A stretch of DNA of 64,000 nt. Origin: Rhodobiaceae bacterium. Lineage in GTDB: Bacteria > Pseudomonadota > Alphaproteobacteria > RS24. The DNA is taken from positions 19,904-83,903 of the forward strand of contig JAHEIG010000001.1 in assembly GCA_024639515.1 (NCBI GenBank), read 5' to 3'. The notes beneath the pieces were generated by a model. The model was not told where the DNA came from and made no database searches. It saw nothing but the letters and a program-made list of their open reading frames with translations. Position numbers and translations under genes: made by a program. Below are positions 8,303 through 16,694 of this stretch, one piece after another (within the stretch, counting starts at the first letter, position 1; each line of letters begins with the position of its first letter).

Positions 8303-8782
8303 ATGGATAGATATCAAAAACTAATGATCGCGCATGGCTTTTTGGTCACGTTGGTTGGCCTGCTGGCCGGCTTTATGCTGATGTTTAGCATGTTGGGTGG
8401 GCTTGAGCTTGGGCCTGGCAACTGGCTGGAATTTAGCGTCTATGGCAGCGTCGATGGCTGGGTGCGGGCGCACAGTGGCGGCCTCACCAATGGCATGCTG
8501 ACAGTGATTGTCGCGCTCGCCTTGCCGAAACTCGAGATCAGCGAAAAAATGACCAAGTTCTTTGCTTGGGGTCTGATTTATTGCGCTTGGACCTTCACCG
8601 CCTTCTATTGGATTGGCAACGCTTCAGCCAACCGTGCTTTGTCGATTGGCGACAATGTATTTGGTGCGGCTGACTGGCTTAGCATTATCGGCTTCTTGCC
8701 GGGTCTGCCGAGCATCTTTATTGGCCCTGCCGTGCTGTATATCGGTGCGCGCGGCGCGCTGCGGGCGATACAAAAAAGCTAA
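8303..8782 (+). CDS. Small 4-TM membrane protein, styrene-oxide-isomerase (StyC)-like candidate
   Basis: 159 aa with four hydrophobic helices. The GWVRAHSGGLTNG motif gives His57 and Asn63, and Tyr102 follows. This matches my recollection of the StyC haem/catalytic residues (His58, Asn64, Tyr103). Not verified by alignment. Confidence 0.4.
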   Translation: MDRYQKLMIAHGFLVTLVGLLAGFMLMFSMLGGLELGPGNWLEFSVYGSVDGWVRAHSGGLTNGMLTVIVALALPKLEISEKMTKFFAWGLIYCAWTFTAFYWIGNASANRALSIGDNVFGAADWLSIIGFLPGLPSIFIGPAVLYIGARGALRAIQKS

Positions 8783-8803
8783 TCGCTAAAAATACGGCGA
8801 GCC

Positions 8804-9508
8804 TCAGCTAACCGCATCTTGCTGCGGATAGTTGAGGCTCTGCCGCTTTTGCTGCCAATCCGGCAGAAACTTATCCATCAGTCGATAAAACCGCGCATTG
8901 TGATAGCGCTCGAATAAATGCACCAATTCGTGCACCACGACATATTCCAACAAGGCCACAGGCTTATGCGCCAAATCGCTATTCAACCGAATGGTGGCGC
9001 GGCGAATATTGCAACTGCCCCAGCGCGTCTTCATCCGTTGCACATAAAGCCCATTGGGTTTGACCTGCATCACCTCGGCCCAATGGGCAATGAGTGGCTC
9101 GGCCTCGGCGCGTAATTGCTGGCGCAACCACGCCTCGAGCAAATCATAACGTTGCTCGCGTGTGGCCTGCGCGCGGCAATGTAAAACCACCTCGTCGCCG
9201 CTTATCTCGACGCATTGGCGATTACGGCTTGGCCGCACCCGAAGATAATAATCGGCGCCCCATAGCTGATAAGTCTCACCATCGAGAAACTGCGCCTCGC
9301 GCGTCGGGGCTTGCGCTTGCAGCCGTGCTTGGTGCTTTTCAATCCAGCTTTGTTTTTCGCGGACAAACTGCTCAATCGTCGCCAGCCGTGTGCCATGCGG
9401 GGCCGATATTTGCACCTGCCCATCAGGCGGGGCGATTTTTAGATTGACGTTTTTGATCGCCTTAAAGGTGACATTGACGCTCTGCCCACCAACTTGCACT
9501 TGTGTCAT
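8804..9508 (-). CDS. M48 family metallopeptidase (YgjP/DUF45-like)
   Basis: HELVHLFERYHN zinc motif near the C-terminus. Start at ATG 9508 is preceded by a GAGGGAAGGGA purine tract. The track ORF extends to 9604. Confidence 0.75.
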   Translation of the reverse strand: MTQVQVGGQSVNVTFKAIKNVNLKIAPPDGQVQISAPHGTRLATIEQFVREKQSWIEKHQARLQAQAPTREAQFLDGETYQLWGADYYLRVRPSRNRQCVEISGDEVVLHCRAQATREQRYDLLEAWLRQQLRAEAEPLIAHWAEVMQVKPNGLYVQRMKTRWGSCNIRRATIRLNSDLAHKPVALLEYVVVHELVHLFERYHNARFYRLMDKFLPDWQQKRQSLNYPQQDAVS

Positions 9509-9638
9509 AGCGTCCCTTCCCTCAGGCTTCAGCAAAAAAAATAACGCCCAATCATAAGCCTGTTTGTCGCCAGCGCAATCGACCAACTGCGACCTTTCGC
9601 GCATCGTGGTTGACCCGGGGCTTGGCTAAAACAAACCC

Positions 9639-10010
9639 ATGCTTATCGGTGCGGGCCGTGTAAGGCCGTTTGTTAATCTGCTTATGCTGACGCTGTTTGT
9701 TTTCAGCGGCATCGGCGCGTCTGCCTGCCACAAGGTCGGCGATGTGATGACCATTTGCGGTGCCTCGGGCTTTGAAACCGTCTATATCGACTGGCAAAAC
9801 GATAGCTCGTCATCTGATCAGCACGAGGTCGACAGCGAACCAAGCTGCTGTGACACCGGTCTGCATAAAACCGCATTATCGGCCAAACGGGCCAGCCTAT
9901 TTGCCGCGCCGAGCGACAGCCTTCTGCCGCCGCGCCAGAATATCCACCTCCCCGAAACCCTCACCCGCTCTTACCACTCGCGGGCCCCACCTGTTTCAGC
10001 CAATACCTAA
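9639..10010 (+). CDS. Hypothetical membrane-anchored Cys-rich protein (DUF2946-like?)
   Basis: N-terminal hydrophobic segment, Cys/His positions (ACH, ICG, SCCDTGLH), C-terminal SRAPP. Sits 30 nt upstream of the outer-membrane barrel gene. Coding status is not certain. Confidence 0.35.
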   Translation: MLIGAGRVRPFVNLLMLTLFVFSGIGASACHKVGDVMTICGASGFETVYIDWQNDSSSSDQHEVDSEPSCCDTGLHKTALSAKRASLFAAPSDSLLPPRQNIHLPETLTRSYHSRAPPVSANT

Positions 10011-10039
10011 AAAACCTACTGAAACAGACTGGAAAAATT

Positions 10040-11122
10040 ATGAACATCTTAAAAAACCTGCCGGGCGCCCGCCTGGTCGTCACTGCTGTGGCAACCCTTA
10101 CCCTTTCAACCGCTTTCTCAACCGCCTTTGCTGACGCCCGCGCCATTGACCACGCGCCGATTGGCGTGATGGCCGACCATATGCACAAAGCCGGCGAATG
10201 GATGGTCTCTGTGCGCCACATGCAGATGCAGATGGACGGCAACCGCAATGGTCGCAACAAAGCCAGCGATGCCGATATTCTGCAAATCGCCAACAGCCAT
10301 AGCGGCCCCGCCACATTGAAGGTGGTGCCGCAAAATATGACCATGGATATGACCATGCTCGGCATGATGTATGCGCCAAGCGAGGACATCACATTGATGG
10401 TGATGGCGAATTATCTTGAAAACCAAATGACCGCCACCACCTACGCCATGATGGGCGGGGCCAAATTAGGCACTTTCACCACCCACTCAGAAGGCCTTGG
10501 CGACACAACCATCGCCGCTTTGTTCAAGGTGGGCGCCCTGCCAGCCGGTGAAAACGGCAAATGGCACGGTAGCTTCGGCATCAGCCTGCCCACTGGCTCG
10601 ATTAAACAGGCCGATAGCATTCTGACGCCGATGAATATGAAAATGGTCGCCCGCCTGCCTTATGCCATGCAATTAGGCTCCGGCACTTATGATGTGAAAC
10701 CATCACTGACCTACACCGCCGATAAGGGCTCTTATGTCTATGGCGCGCAAATTAACGCGACACTGCGGCTTGATGACAATAGCCAAGGCTACACACTGGG
10801 CGATAAAGCCAGCGCCGAAGCATGGGTGATGACCTCATTCAGCGACCAATTGAGCGGCTCGCTGCGCCTGAAAGCCGAAACCAGCGGCGACATTGACGGC
10901 CAAGATGCGGCAATCGACAAGCCGGTGCAATCGGCCCAGACGCATATGTATGGCGGAGAGCGCGTGCATCTCGGCCTCGGCTTCAACGTCATCGGCCATC
11001 ACGGCTGGCTGGCTGGCCACCGCTTCGCCTTTGAAGCGACAATGCCGATCTATGAAGACCTCAATGGCCCGCAAATGTCGCAAGACATGAACCTGACCTT
11101 GGGTTACCAGAAAGCTTGGTAA
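10040..11122 (+). CDS. Outer-membrane beta-barrel protein, Met/His-rich (Phenol_MetA_deg-like transporter family)
   Basis: Signal peptide ending AFA-DA. HAPIGVMADHMHKAGEWMVSVRHMQMQMDG motif. Alternating beta-strand pattern. C-terminal aromatic residue (YQKAW). Confidence 0.55.
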   Translation: MNILKNLPGARLVVTAVATLTLSTAFSTAFADARAIDHAPIGVMADHMHKAGEWMVSVRHMQMQMDGNRNGRNKASDADILQIANSHSGPATLKVVPQNMTMDMTMLGMMYAPSEDITLMVMANYLENQMTATTYAMMGGAKLGTFTTHSEGLGDTTIAALFKVGALPAGENGKWHGSFGISLPTGSIKQADSILTPMNMKMVARLPYAMQLGSGTYDVKPSLTYTADKGSYVYGAQINATLRLDDNSQGYTLGDKASAEAWVMTSFSDQLSGSLRLKAETSGDIDGQDAAIDKPVQSAQTHMYGGERVHLGLGFNVIGHHGWLAGHRFAFEATMPIYEDLNGPQMSQDMNLTLGYQKAW

Positions 11123-11132
11123 TGATGCTTTT

Positions 11133-11159
11133 GGCCTCCGGCAGCATCTGTCGGAGGCC
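11133..11159 (+). terminator. Stem-loop downstream of the outer-membrane barrel gene (weak terminator candidate)
   Basis: GGCCTCCG-N11-CGGAGGCC, an 8-bp perfect stem 11 nt after the stop. The trailing sequence GCGAGCGTTTCTGG is only weakly U-rich. Confidence 0.35.
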
Positions 11160-11258
11160 GCGAGCGTTTCTGGGCGCGCCGGCGGCGATAAAACGCTTGC
11201 CAAGCTCGCCGGTTTGCCGCGATAAAATAACAACACAATCAACCACAGGGAGAACACG

Positions 11259-11675
11259 ATGATTGGACGGTTAAACCATGTCGGCGTCGCTACGCCGTCG
11301 ATTGATGAGAGCGTAAAAATGTACCGCGACATTCTCGGCGCGACGCATATTGGCGAGAAGTTTGCGCTTCCCGAGCAAGGCGTGCATGTCTGCTTTGTCG
11401 ATGTCGACAATAGCCAAATCGAGCTCATCGAACCCTATGACGAGAACAGCCCGATTAATGGCTTTCTGAAAACCAACCCGAGCGGCGGCCAGCACCATGT
11501 GTGTTACGAAGTCGACGATATTCACGTGGCGCGCGACGAAATGATTGCCAAAGGCGTGCGGGTGCTCGGCGAGCCGCGCATTGGCGCCCATGGCACGCTG
11601 ATTATTTTTCTTCATCCGAAAGATATGGGCGGTGTGCTGACCGAATTAATGGAACGCCCAGAAGCGGCGCATTAA
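11259..11675 (+). CDS. mce: Methylmalonyl-CoA epimerase (VOC/glyoxalase fold)
   Basis: 138 aa. LNHVGVATPSID, QIELIEP and GGQHHVCYEVDDI are typical of the epimerase. GGGAGA RBS. Confidence 0.85.
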   Translation: MIGRLNHVGVATPSIDESVKMYRDILGATHIGEKFALPEQGVHVCFVDVDNSQIELIEPYDENSPINGFLKTNPSGGQHHVCYEVDDIHVARDEMIAKGVRVLGEPRIGAHGTLIIFLHPKDMGGVLTELMERPEAAH

Positions 11676-11762
11676 CTGGCAAAAGCAATATAAAGCGAGC
11701 ATGGACATAGGGCCGACGCTGGGAAATAATACCCGCAAGAGACGTGCCAAGGAGGCGAGAAA

Positions 11763-12872
11763 ATGAGCCAATTACAGACCTATAAGAGCGATCTGGTGAA
11801 AACACGGATTGTCGAAACCGACGAAGCCGCCGCCCGCGACGGGCTGCGACAGGGCGACATCCTCGTGCGCATTGAAAGCTTCTCCTTCACCGCCAATAAT
11901 GTGACCTATGGCGCGGCTGGCGACGATATTGGCTATTGGCAATTCTTCCCCGCCCTCGACAATGAGGATGGTGCATGGGGGCTGATTCCAGTTTGGGGAT
12001 TTGCCGAGATCACCGCCTCAAAGGCCAACGGGCTGGAAGTCGGCGAACGGATTTTCGGCTATTTCCCACCGGCTGATTTTCTTACCCTGTCACCGTCGAA
12101 AATGTCGCCTGTGCATTTCGTTGACGGCGCCGACCATCGCGCCGACTTGCCGCCGGTTTATAATAATTACGTCCGGCTTTCTGGTGAGGCCGATTATGAT
12201 CCGGCGATGGATTACACGCGGGCGCTGCTATTCCCGCTGCATGTCACCTCCTTCTGCCTGTGCGACGCGCTGCAAGATGCTGGCTATCACAACGCCAAGC
12301 AGGTGATTATCGTCAGCGCCTCAAGCAAAACGGCGATTGGCTTGGCCCAAGGCCTGAAAGACGAAGCCAACGCACCAACCACTTTCGGCCTGACATCGGG
12401 CGGCAATCGCACCTTTGTTGAGAGCTTGGGCTGTTACGACCACGTGATTTGCTATGACGAGCTGGATAAACTCGACGCCAGCTTGCCCAGCGTCATGGTC
12501 GATATGTCGGGCGACCGCTTCGTGCTCGGCACGGTGCACGGCGCGCTCGGCGATAATATGCTGAATTGCATCCAAGTCGGCATGACCCATTGGGAATATC
12601 GCGACGCCGAAAAAGACCCCATCGCGGCGCAGATTATCCAACAACGCAGCGCCTTCTTCTTCGCCCCGAGCCATATTCAAAAACGTATCGGCGATTGGGG
12701 GCAGGATGGTTACAAAGCCCGCACTAATGCCTTTATGGCAGCGCGCGCCGCCCAAAGCCGAGAATGGATGCATATCGAGACGATATCGGGCATGCAGGCT
12801 TTCAGCCGCACCTATGATGAGGTTGTCGTCGGCAATATGAAACCAAGCGAAGGGTTGATTATTCTCCCGTGA
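11763..12872 (+). CDS. DUF2855-like protein, paralog 2
   Basis: 369 aa, collinear with ORF 4274-5386 (same conserved blocks). Its stop overlaps the purT GTG start (GTGA). Confidence 0.6.
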   Translation: MSQLQTYKSDLVKTRIVETDEAAARDGLRQGDILVRIESFSFTANNVTYGAAGDDIGYWQFFPALDNEDGAWGLIPVWGFAEITASKANGLEVGERIFGYFPPADFLTLSPSKMSPVHFVDGADHRADLPPVYNNYVRLSGEADYDPAMDYTRALLFPLHVTSFCLCDALQDAGYHNAKQVIIVSASSKTAIGLAQGLKDEANAPTTFGLTSGGNRTFVESLGCYDHVICYDELDKLDASLPSVMVDMSGDRFVLGTVHGALGDNMLNCIQVGMTHWEYRDAEKDPIAAQIIQQRSAFFFAPSHIQKRIGDWGQDGYKARTNAFMAARAAQSREWMHIETISGMQAFSRTYDEVVVGNMKPSEGLIILP

Positions 12873-14026
12873 CCGCGTTTTCACATAGCCGTAAAATTCT
12901 GCTGCTCGGCAGCGGCGAGCTTGGCAAGGAGCTGGTGATTAGCCTGCAACGCCTCGACCAGCAGGTTATCGCCTGCGATTGCTATGACGGCGCGCCCGCC
13001 ATGCAGGTGGCCGATGGCTATGAAGTATTTGATATGCTCGACGCCGCCGCCTTGGAAGCGGTGATCGAGCGCCACCAGCCAGATTTCATCGTGCCAGAAA
13101 TTGAAGCGATTGCGACCTCTCTGCTGGTCGACAAAGAAGCCGAGGGCTACACCATTGTGCCATCGGCCAAAGCCGTCGACCTGACCATGAACCGCGATAA
13201 AATCCGCGATCATGCCGCCTCGATTGGCCTGCGGACAGCCCGCTTTGCCTATGCCGAAAGCGAAGATGAGTTGCTGGCACGGGCCAGCGAGATTGGCGGC
13301 AAAGTGGTTATCAAGCCGGTGATGAGTTCATCGGGGAAAGGCCAAAGCACGGCCACCAGCCAAGACCAATTACGCGCCGCATGGCGTTACGCCCTAGACG
13401 GCATGCGCGGCGACCGGGCGCGGGTGATTGTCGAGGAATTCATCGATTTCGATTATGAGATTACCCTGCTGACCATTCGACAAAAAACCGGCGACACGCT
13501 GTTCTGCCCACCCATCGGCCATGTGCAGGCGCGCGGCGATTATCAATATAGTTGGCAAGCTGCGGCATGTTCCGATGCGGTCATCGCCGATGCCCAAGCC
13601 ATGGCTGCTAAAATGACCGCAGCGCTTGGCGGGGCTGGCTTATTTGGCGTCGAGTTTTTTGTCACCAAACAGGGCGAGGTGGTGTTTAGCGAGCTCAGCC
13701 CGCGCCCGCATGACACTGGGCTGGTGACGCTTTACACGCAAGATTTGAGCGAGTTTGACCTGCACGCGCGCGCCCTTCTGGGCCTGCCCATCCCGCCGAT
13801 TACGCTGCTGCGCGAAGGCGCCAGCCAAGTCATCTTGGCCGATGCCGAGGCCAGCGGGCCTTATGACATAGACGGCATTGACGCGGCCTTGGCGGTGGCG
13901 AATTGCGATATTCGGATTTTTGGCAAACCGGTGGCGCGCCCCTATCGCCGCCTTGGTGTGGTGCTCGGCCCCGACATTGCGACGGCGCAAAAAGCCGCGC
14001 AGTGTGTCAGCGTGCGTGCGCGCTAA
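12869..14026 (+). CDS. purT: Formate-dependent phosphoribosylglycinamide formyltransferase (GAR transformylase 2)
   Basis: ILLLGSGELGKE N-terminus, ATP-grasp body, 385 aa. GTG start overlaps the upstream stop. Confidence 0.9.
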   Translation: MTAFSHSRKILLLGSGELGKELVISLQRLDQQVIACDCYDGAPAMQVADGYEVFDMLDAAALEAVIERHQPDFIVPEIEAIATSLLVDKEAEGYTIVPSAKAVDLTMNRDKIRDHAASIGLRTARFAYAESEDELLARASEIGGKVVIKPVMSSSGKGQSTATSQDQLRAAWRYALDGMRGDRARVIVEEFIDFDYEITLLTIRQKTGDTLFCPPIGHVQARGDYQYSWQAAACSDAVIADAQAMAAKMTAALGGAGLFGVEFFVTKQGEVVFSELSPRPHDTGLVTLYTQDLSEFDLHARALLGLPIPPITLLREGASQVILADAEASGPYDIDGIDAALAVANCDIRIFGKPVARPYRRLGVVLGPDIATAQKAAQCVSVRAR

Positions 14027-14089
14027 CACAGCGCTTCCTCTGGCAGCTTTTTGCCGCTAGGCTCGACGCTCACATAAGGGGAGAAAAAC

Positions 14090-15064
14090 ATGAGCATTTC
14101 AGAAAACCAAAAACCGATTGAGACGGGTCTCGGCCCGCGTCCCGAACCAGCCGACATTCTGGCTGGCATTGATTTGAGCGACAAAACCGCTCTGGTCACT
14201 GGCGGCTATTCAGGCATTGGGCTTGAAACCGTGCGCGCCTTGGTCAATGCCGGTGCCCATGTGCATGTGCCCGCCCGCGACAAAGCCCGCGCCGCGCAAG
14301 CGCTGAACGGCATCTTGGAGGCCAGCCATATCGGTGAGATGGATCTCGGAGACGTCAACTCAGTCTATCGCTTTGCCGAAGATTTCTGCGCCCAGCAGGA
14401 CAATCTCGATATTCTCATCGCCAATGCCGGCGTGATGGCATGTGCCGAAAGGCGCACCGCGCAAGGCTGGGAAACCCAAATCGGCGTCAACCATTTCGGC
14501 CACTTCGCCCTGATCAGCAAGCTGATTAACCAACTAACCGCCGGAGATGGCGCCCGGGTTGTAGCGCTGTCCTCCATCGGCCACCGGCTCGGCGGCATTG
14601 ATTTTGACGACATGCACTATCAAACCCGGCCTTACGAGAAGTGGCAGGCCTATGGCCAATCGAAAACCGCCAAATCGCTATTGGCCGTCGAATTGGACGC
14701 CCGCTACAAAGACCAAGGAGTGCGCGCCTTTGGTGTGCATCCGGGTGGGATTTTCACGCCGCTTCAGCGGCATTTGCCGAATGAAGAAATGGTCGCCCTC
14801 GGGTGGAAGAACGAAGACGGCAGCGCCAGTGATGTCGCCGCCAGCATCTTCAAAACACCGGCCCAAGGGGCTGGCACCAGCCTGTGGGCGGCAACCAATC
14901 CGAGGCTCGACGGGCTGGGCGGGGTGTATTGCGAGGACTGCAATATCGCCGCCGTCTCAGACGCTGATGACACCGCACCTGCCGGTGTACGCGCATGGGC
15001 GGTCGATGGCGACATCGCCCGACGCTTGTGGGAAGAAACAGAGAAAACTCTGGCGGCGCTTTAG
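14090..15064 (+). CDS. SDR family oxidoreductase (retinol-dehydrogenase/WWOX-like)
   Basis: VTGGYSGIGLET, NAGVM and YGQSK motifs. GGGGAG RBS. Confidence 0.85.
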   Translation: MSISENQKPIETGLGPRPEPADILAGIDLSDKTALVTGGYSGIGLETVRALVNAGAHVHVPARDKARAAQALNGILEASHIGEMDLGDVNSVYRFAEDFCAQQDNLDILIANAGVMACAERRTAQGWETQIGVNHFGHFALISKLINQLTAGDGARVVALSSIGHRLGGIDFDDMHYQTRPYEKWQAYGQSKTAKSLLAVELDARYKDQGVRAFGVHPGGIFTPLQRHLPNEEMVALGWKNEDGSASDVAASIFKTPAQGAGTSLWAATNPRLDGLGGVYCEDCNIAAVSDADDTAPAGVRAWAVDGDIARRLWEETEKTLAAL

Positions 15065-15717
15065 TCTGCGTTTAACAAATCTTCGGGGTTCGGCCATTTT
15101 GTCGCCAGACAAGAAGGCCGCGCCCCGATTTTTTTGTGCCACGCCGTCATCGCCGGTAAAGCAGCGACCATCTCAGCCCCTTCCGGGGTCATCAGCGCGG
15201 CATCAATATTGCCATACATAAAAATATCCGCCAGCGAGACATCCGGCCCAGCCATAAACGGCGCCTGCGCCAAACGCTGCTCAACCACACGCAAGTGATA
15301 AGCGATATGGGGCAATGCCTCACTAATCATTTGCTCATTCGGTTGCCGCCCCATCAGCGGCGCCACCAGACGCGGCAAAACCAAGCGTTCTTCGAGGATG
15401 GGAAAGACATAATGGCTGGCCACACCAACCCATTGCAGGCAACGCGCGCCCGCTTCGGCATCGGCGGGCTGCAGGGCGCGGTTATTATATTTGCTGTCGA
15501 GATAGCTGGTAATCGCCAGCGTCTCATAAAATTCGACCCCGTCAATAGTGGCGGCGGGTGTGCGCAAAAATGGGTGATGCTGGCCCGCTTCTTTGGTGCC
15601 CGTGCCGGTGGCTTGCAGGCGCCACGAGACGCCAGCTTCTTCGGCGACAATCGAACACACGCGCGAAAACATCGAGACTTGCGGCGCGTATAACACCATC
15701 ACTTCTTGCTCGGCCAT
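15061..15717 (-). CDS. Glutathione S-transferase family protein
   Basis: GST-like N-terminal thioredoxin fold and C-terminal helical domain. ATG 15717 is preceded by AGGAGA. The track ORF extends to 15774 and would overlap the upstream gene. Confidence 0.7.
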   Translation of the reverse strand: MAEQEVMVLYAPQVSMFSRVCSIVAEEAGVSWRLQATGTGTKEAGQHHPFLRTPAATIDGVEFYETLAITSYLDSKYNNRALQPADAEAGARCLQWVGVASHYVFPILEERLVLPRLVAPLMGRQPNEQMISEALPHIAYHLRVVEQRLAQAPFMAGPDVSLADIFMYGNIDAALMTPEGAEMVAALPAMTAWHKKIGARPSCLATKWPNPEDLLNAD

Positions 15718-15728
15718 AGCGGGGTCTC

Positions 15729-16691
15729 CTATGTGATGACGCGGGCTACGAAGTCGGCGATTTCCTGATTGCAAATCTTCGACATCCGCGCCCCCGGCAC
15801 GAAGCCGTTAAAGCCGTGAATGGCGCCCGGGAAAACATGCAATTCGCACGCAACGCCGGCTTGCGATAGACGCTGGGCATAGGCGATATCTTCATCAAGG
15901 AACAGGTCTAAATCACCAACCGGTAAATAGGTCGGCGGCAGGCCCGATAGATCATCGGCGCGGGCCGCCGCCGCATATGCCGATACACCGTCGCCGCCCG
16001 GCGCGTGGCCTAGAAACGACGTCCAGCCAAATAAATTCGCCTCGCGTGACCAAACCGGCGTGTTTTCGTGGTCTGCATCGGGCTGAGCGATATTGCGGTC
16101 ATCAATCATCGGATACAGCAAAACCTGCCCGACCAAACTGATCGGGGCTTGGTCGCGCACCCGCAAAGCCAAGCCAGCCGCCAATCCGCCGCCCGCACTG
16201 GCACCGCCAAGGGCAATGCGCGTGGTATCAATGTGATAATCAGCAGCCTTGTCGACCAGATGCATCAAGCCGTCATAGCAATCATTATGCGGGGCTGGAA
16301 ATGGATGCTCGGGGGCCAGCCGATACTCGACCGACACGCCGATACAGCCGAGCTGGCTGGCAAAACGCGCCATCAGCGCATCGTCTTGCGCCGCCGAGCC
16401 GAGCACATAGCCGCCGCCATGCATCCAATAAACCAGCGGCACCGGCGCATCGCCCAAATGGGTCGGGCGCATCATCCTCAAGGGGATTTGATGGCCATCC
16501 GACCCGCTGACCATGATCACCTCTCGGGTGACATTGTCTGGCATCTCGAAATTTGACAGCAACAGTCCATTGCGCGCCGCAGCAGCGGCGCGCGAGGCTG
16601 GTAAATCGTCACCGAGATTGGCGCCCAATGGCATGGCCACCTTTAGCATCGCCAAACCGTCAAGCAATTCCGGATCAACGCGCTCTAGCAC
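15729..16691 (-). CDS. Alpha/beta hydrolase, hormone-sensitive-lipase-type esterase
   Basis: HGGGY oxyanion motif, GASAGG nucleophile elbow, and C-terminal DxL...H residues. GTG start. Confidence 0.85.
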   Translation of the reverse strand: MLERVDPELLDGLAMLKVAMPLGANLGDDLPASRAAAAARNGLLLSNFEMPDNVTREVIMVSGSDGHQIPLRMMRPTHLGDAPVPLVYWMHGGGYVLGSAAQDDALMARFASQLGCIGVSVEYRLAPEHPFPAPHNDCYDGLMHLVDKAADYHIDTTRIALGGASAGGGLAAGLALRVRDQAPISLVGQVLLYPMIDDRNIAQPDADHENTPVWSREANLFGWTSFLGHAPGGDGVSAYAAAARADDLSGLPPTYLPVGDLDLFLDEDIAYAQRLSQAGVACELHVFPGAIHGFNGFVPGARMSKICNQEIADFVARVIT

Positions 16692-16694
16692 GGC

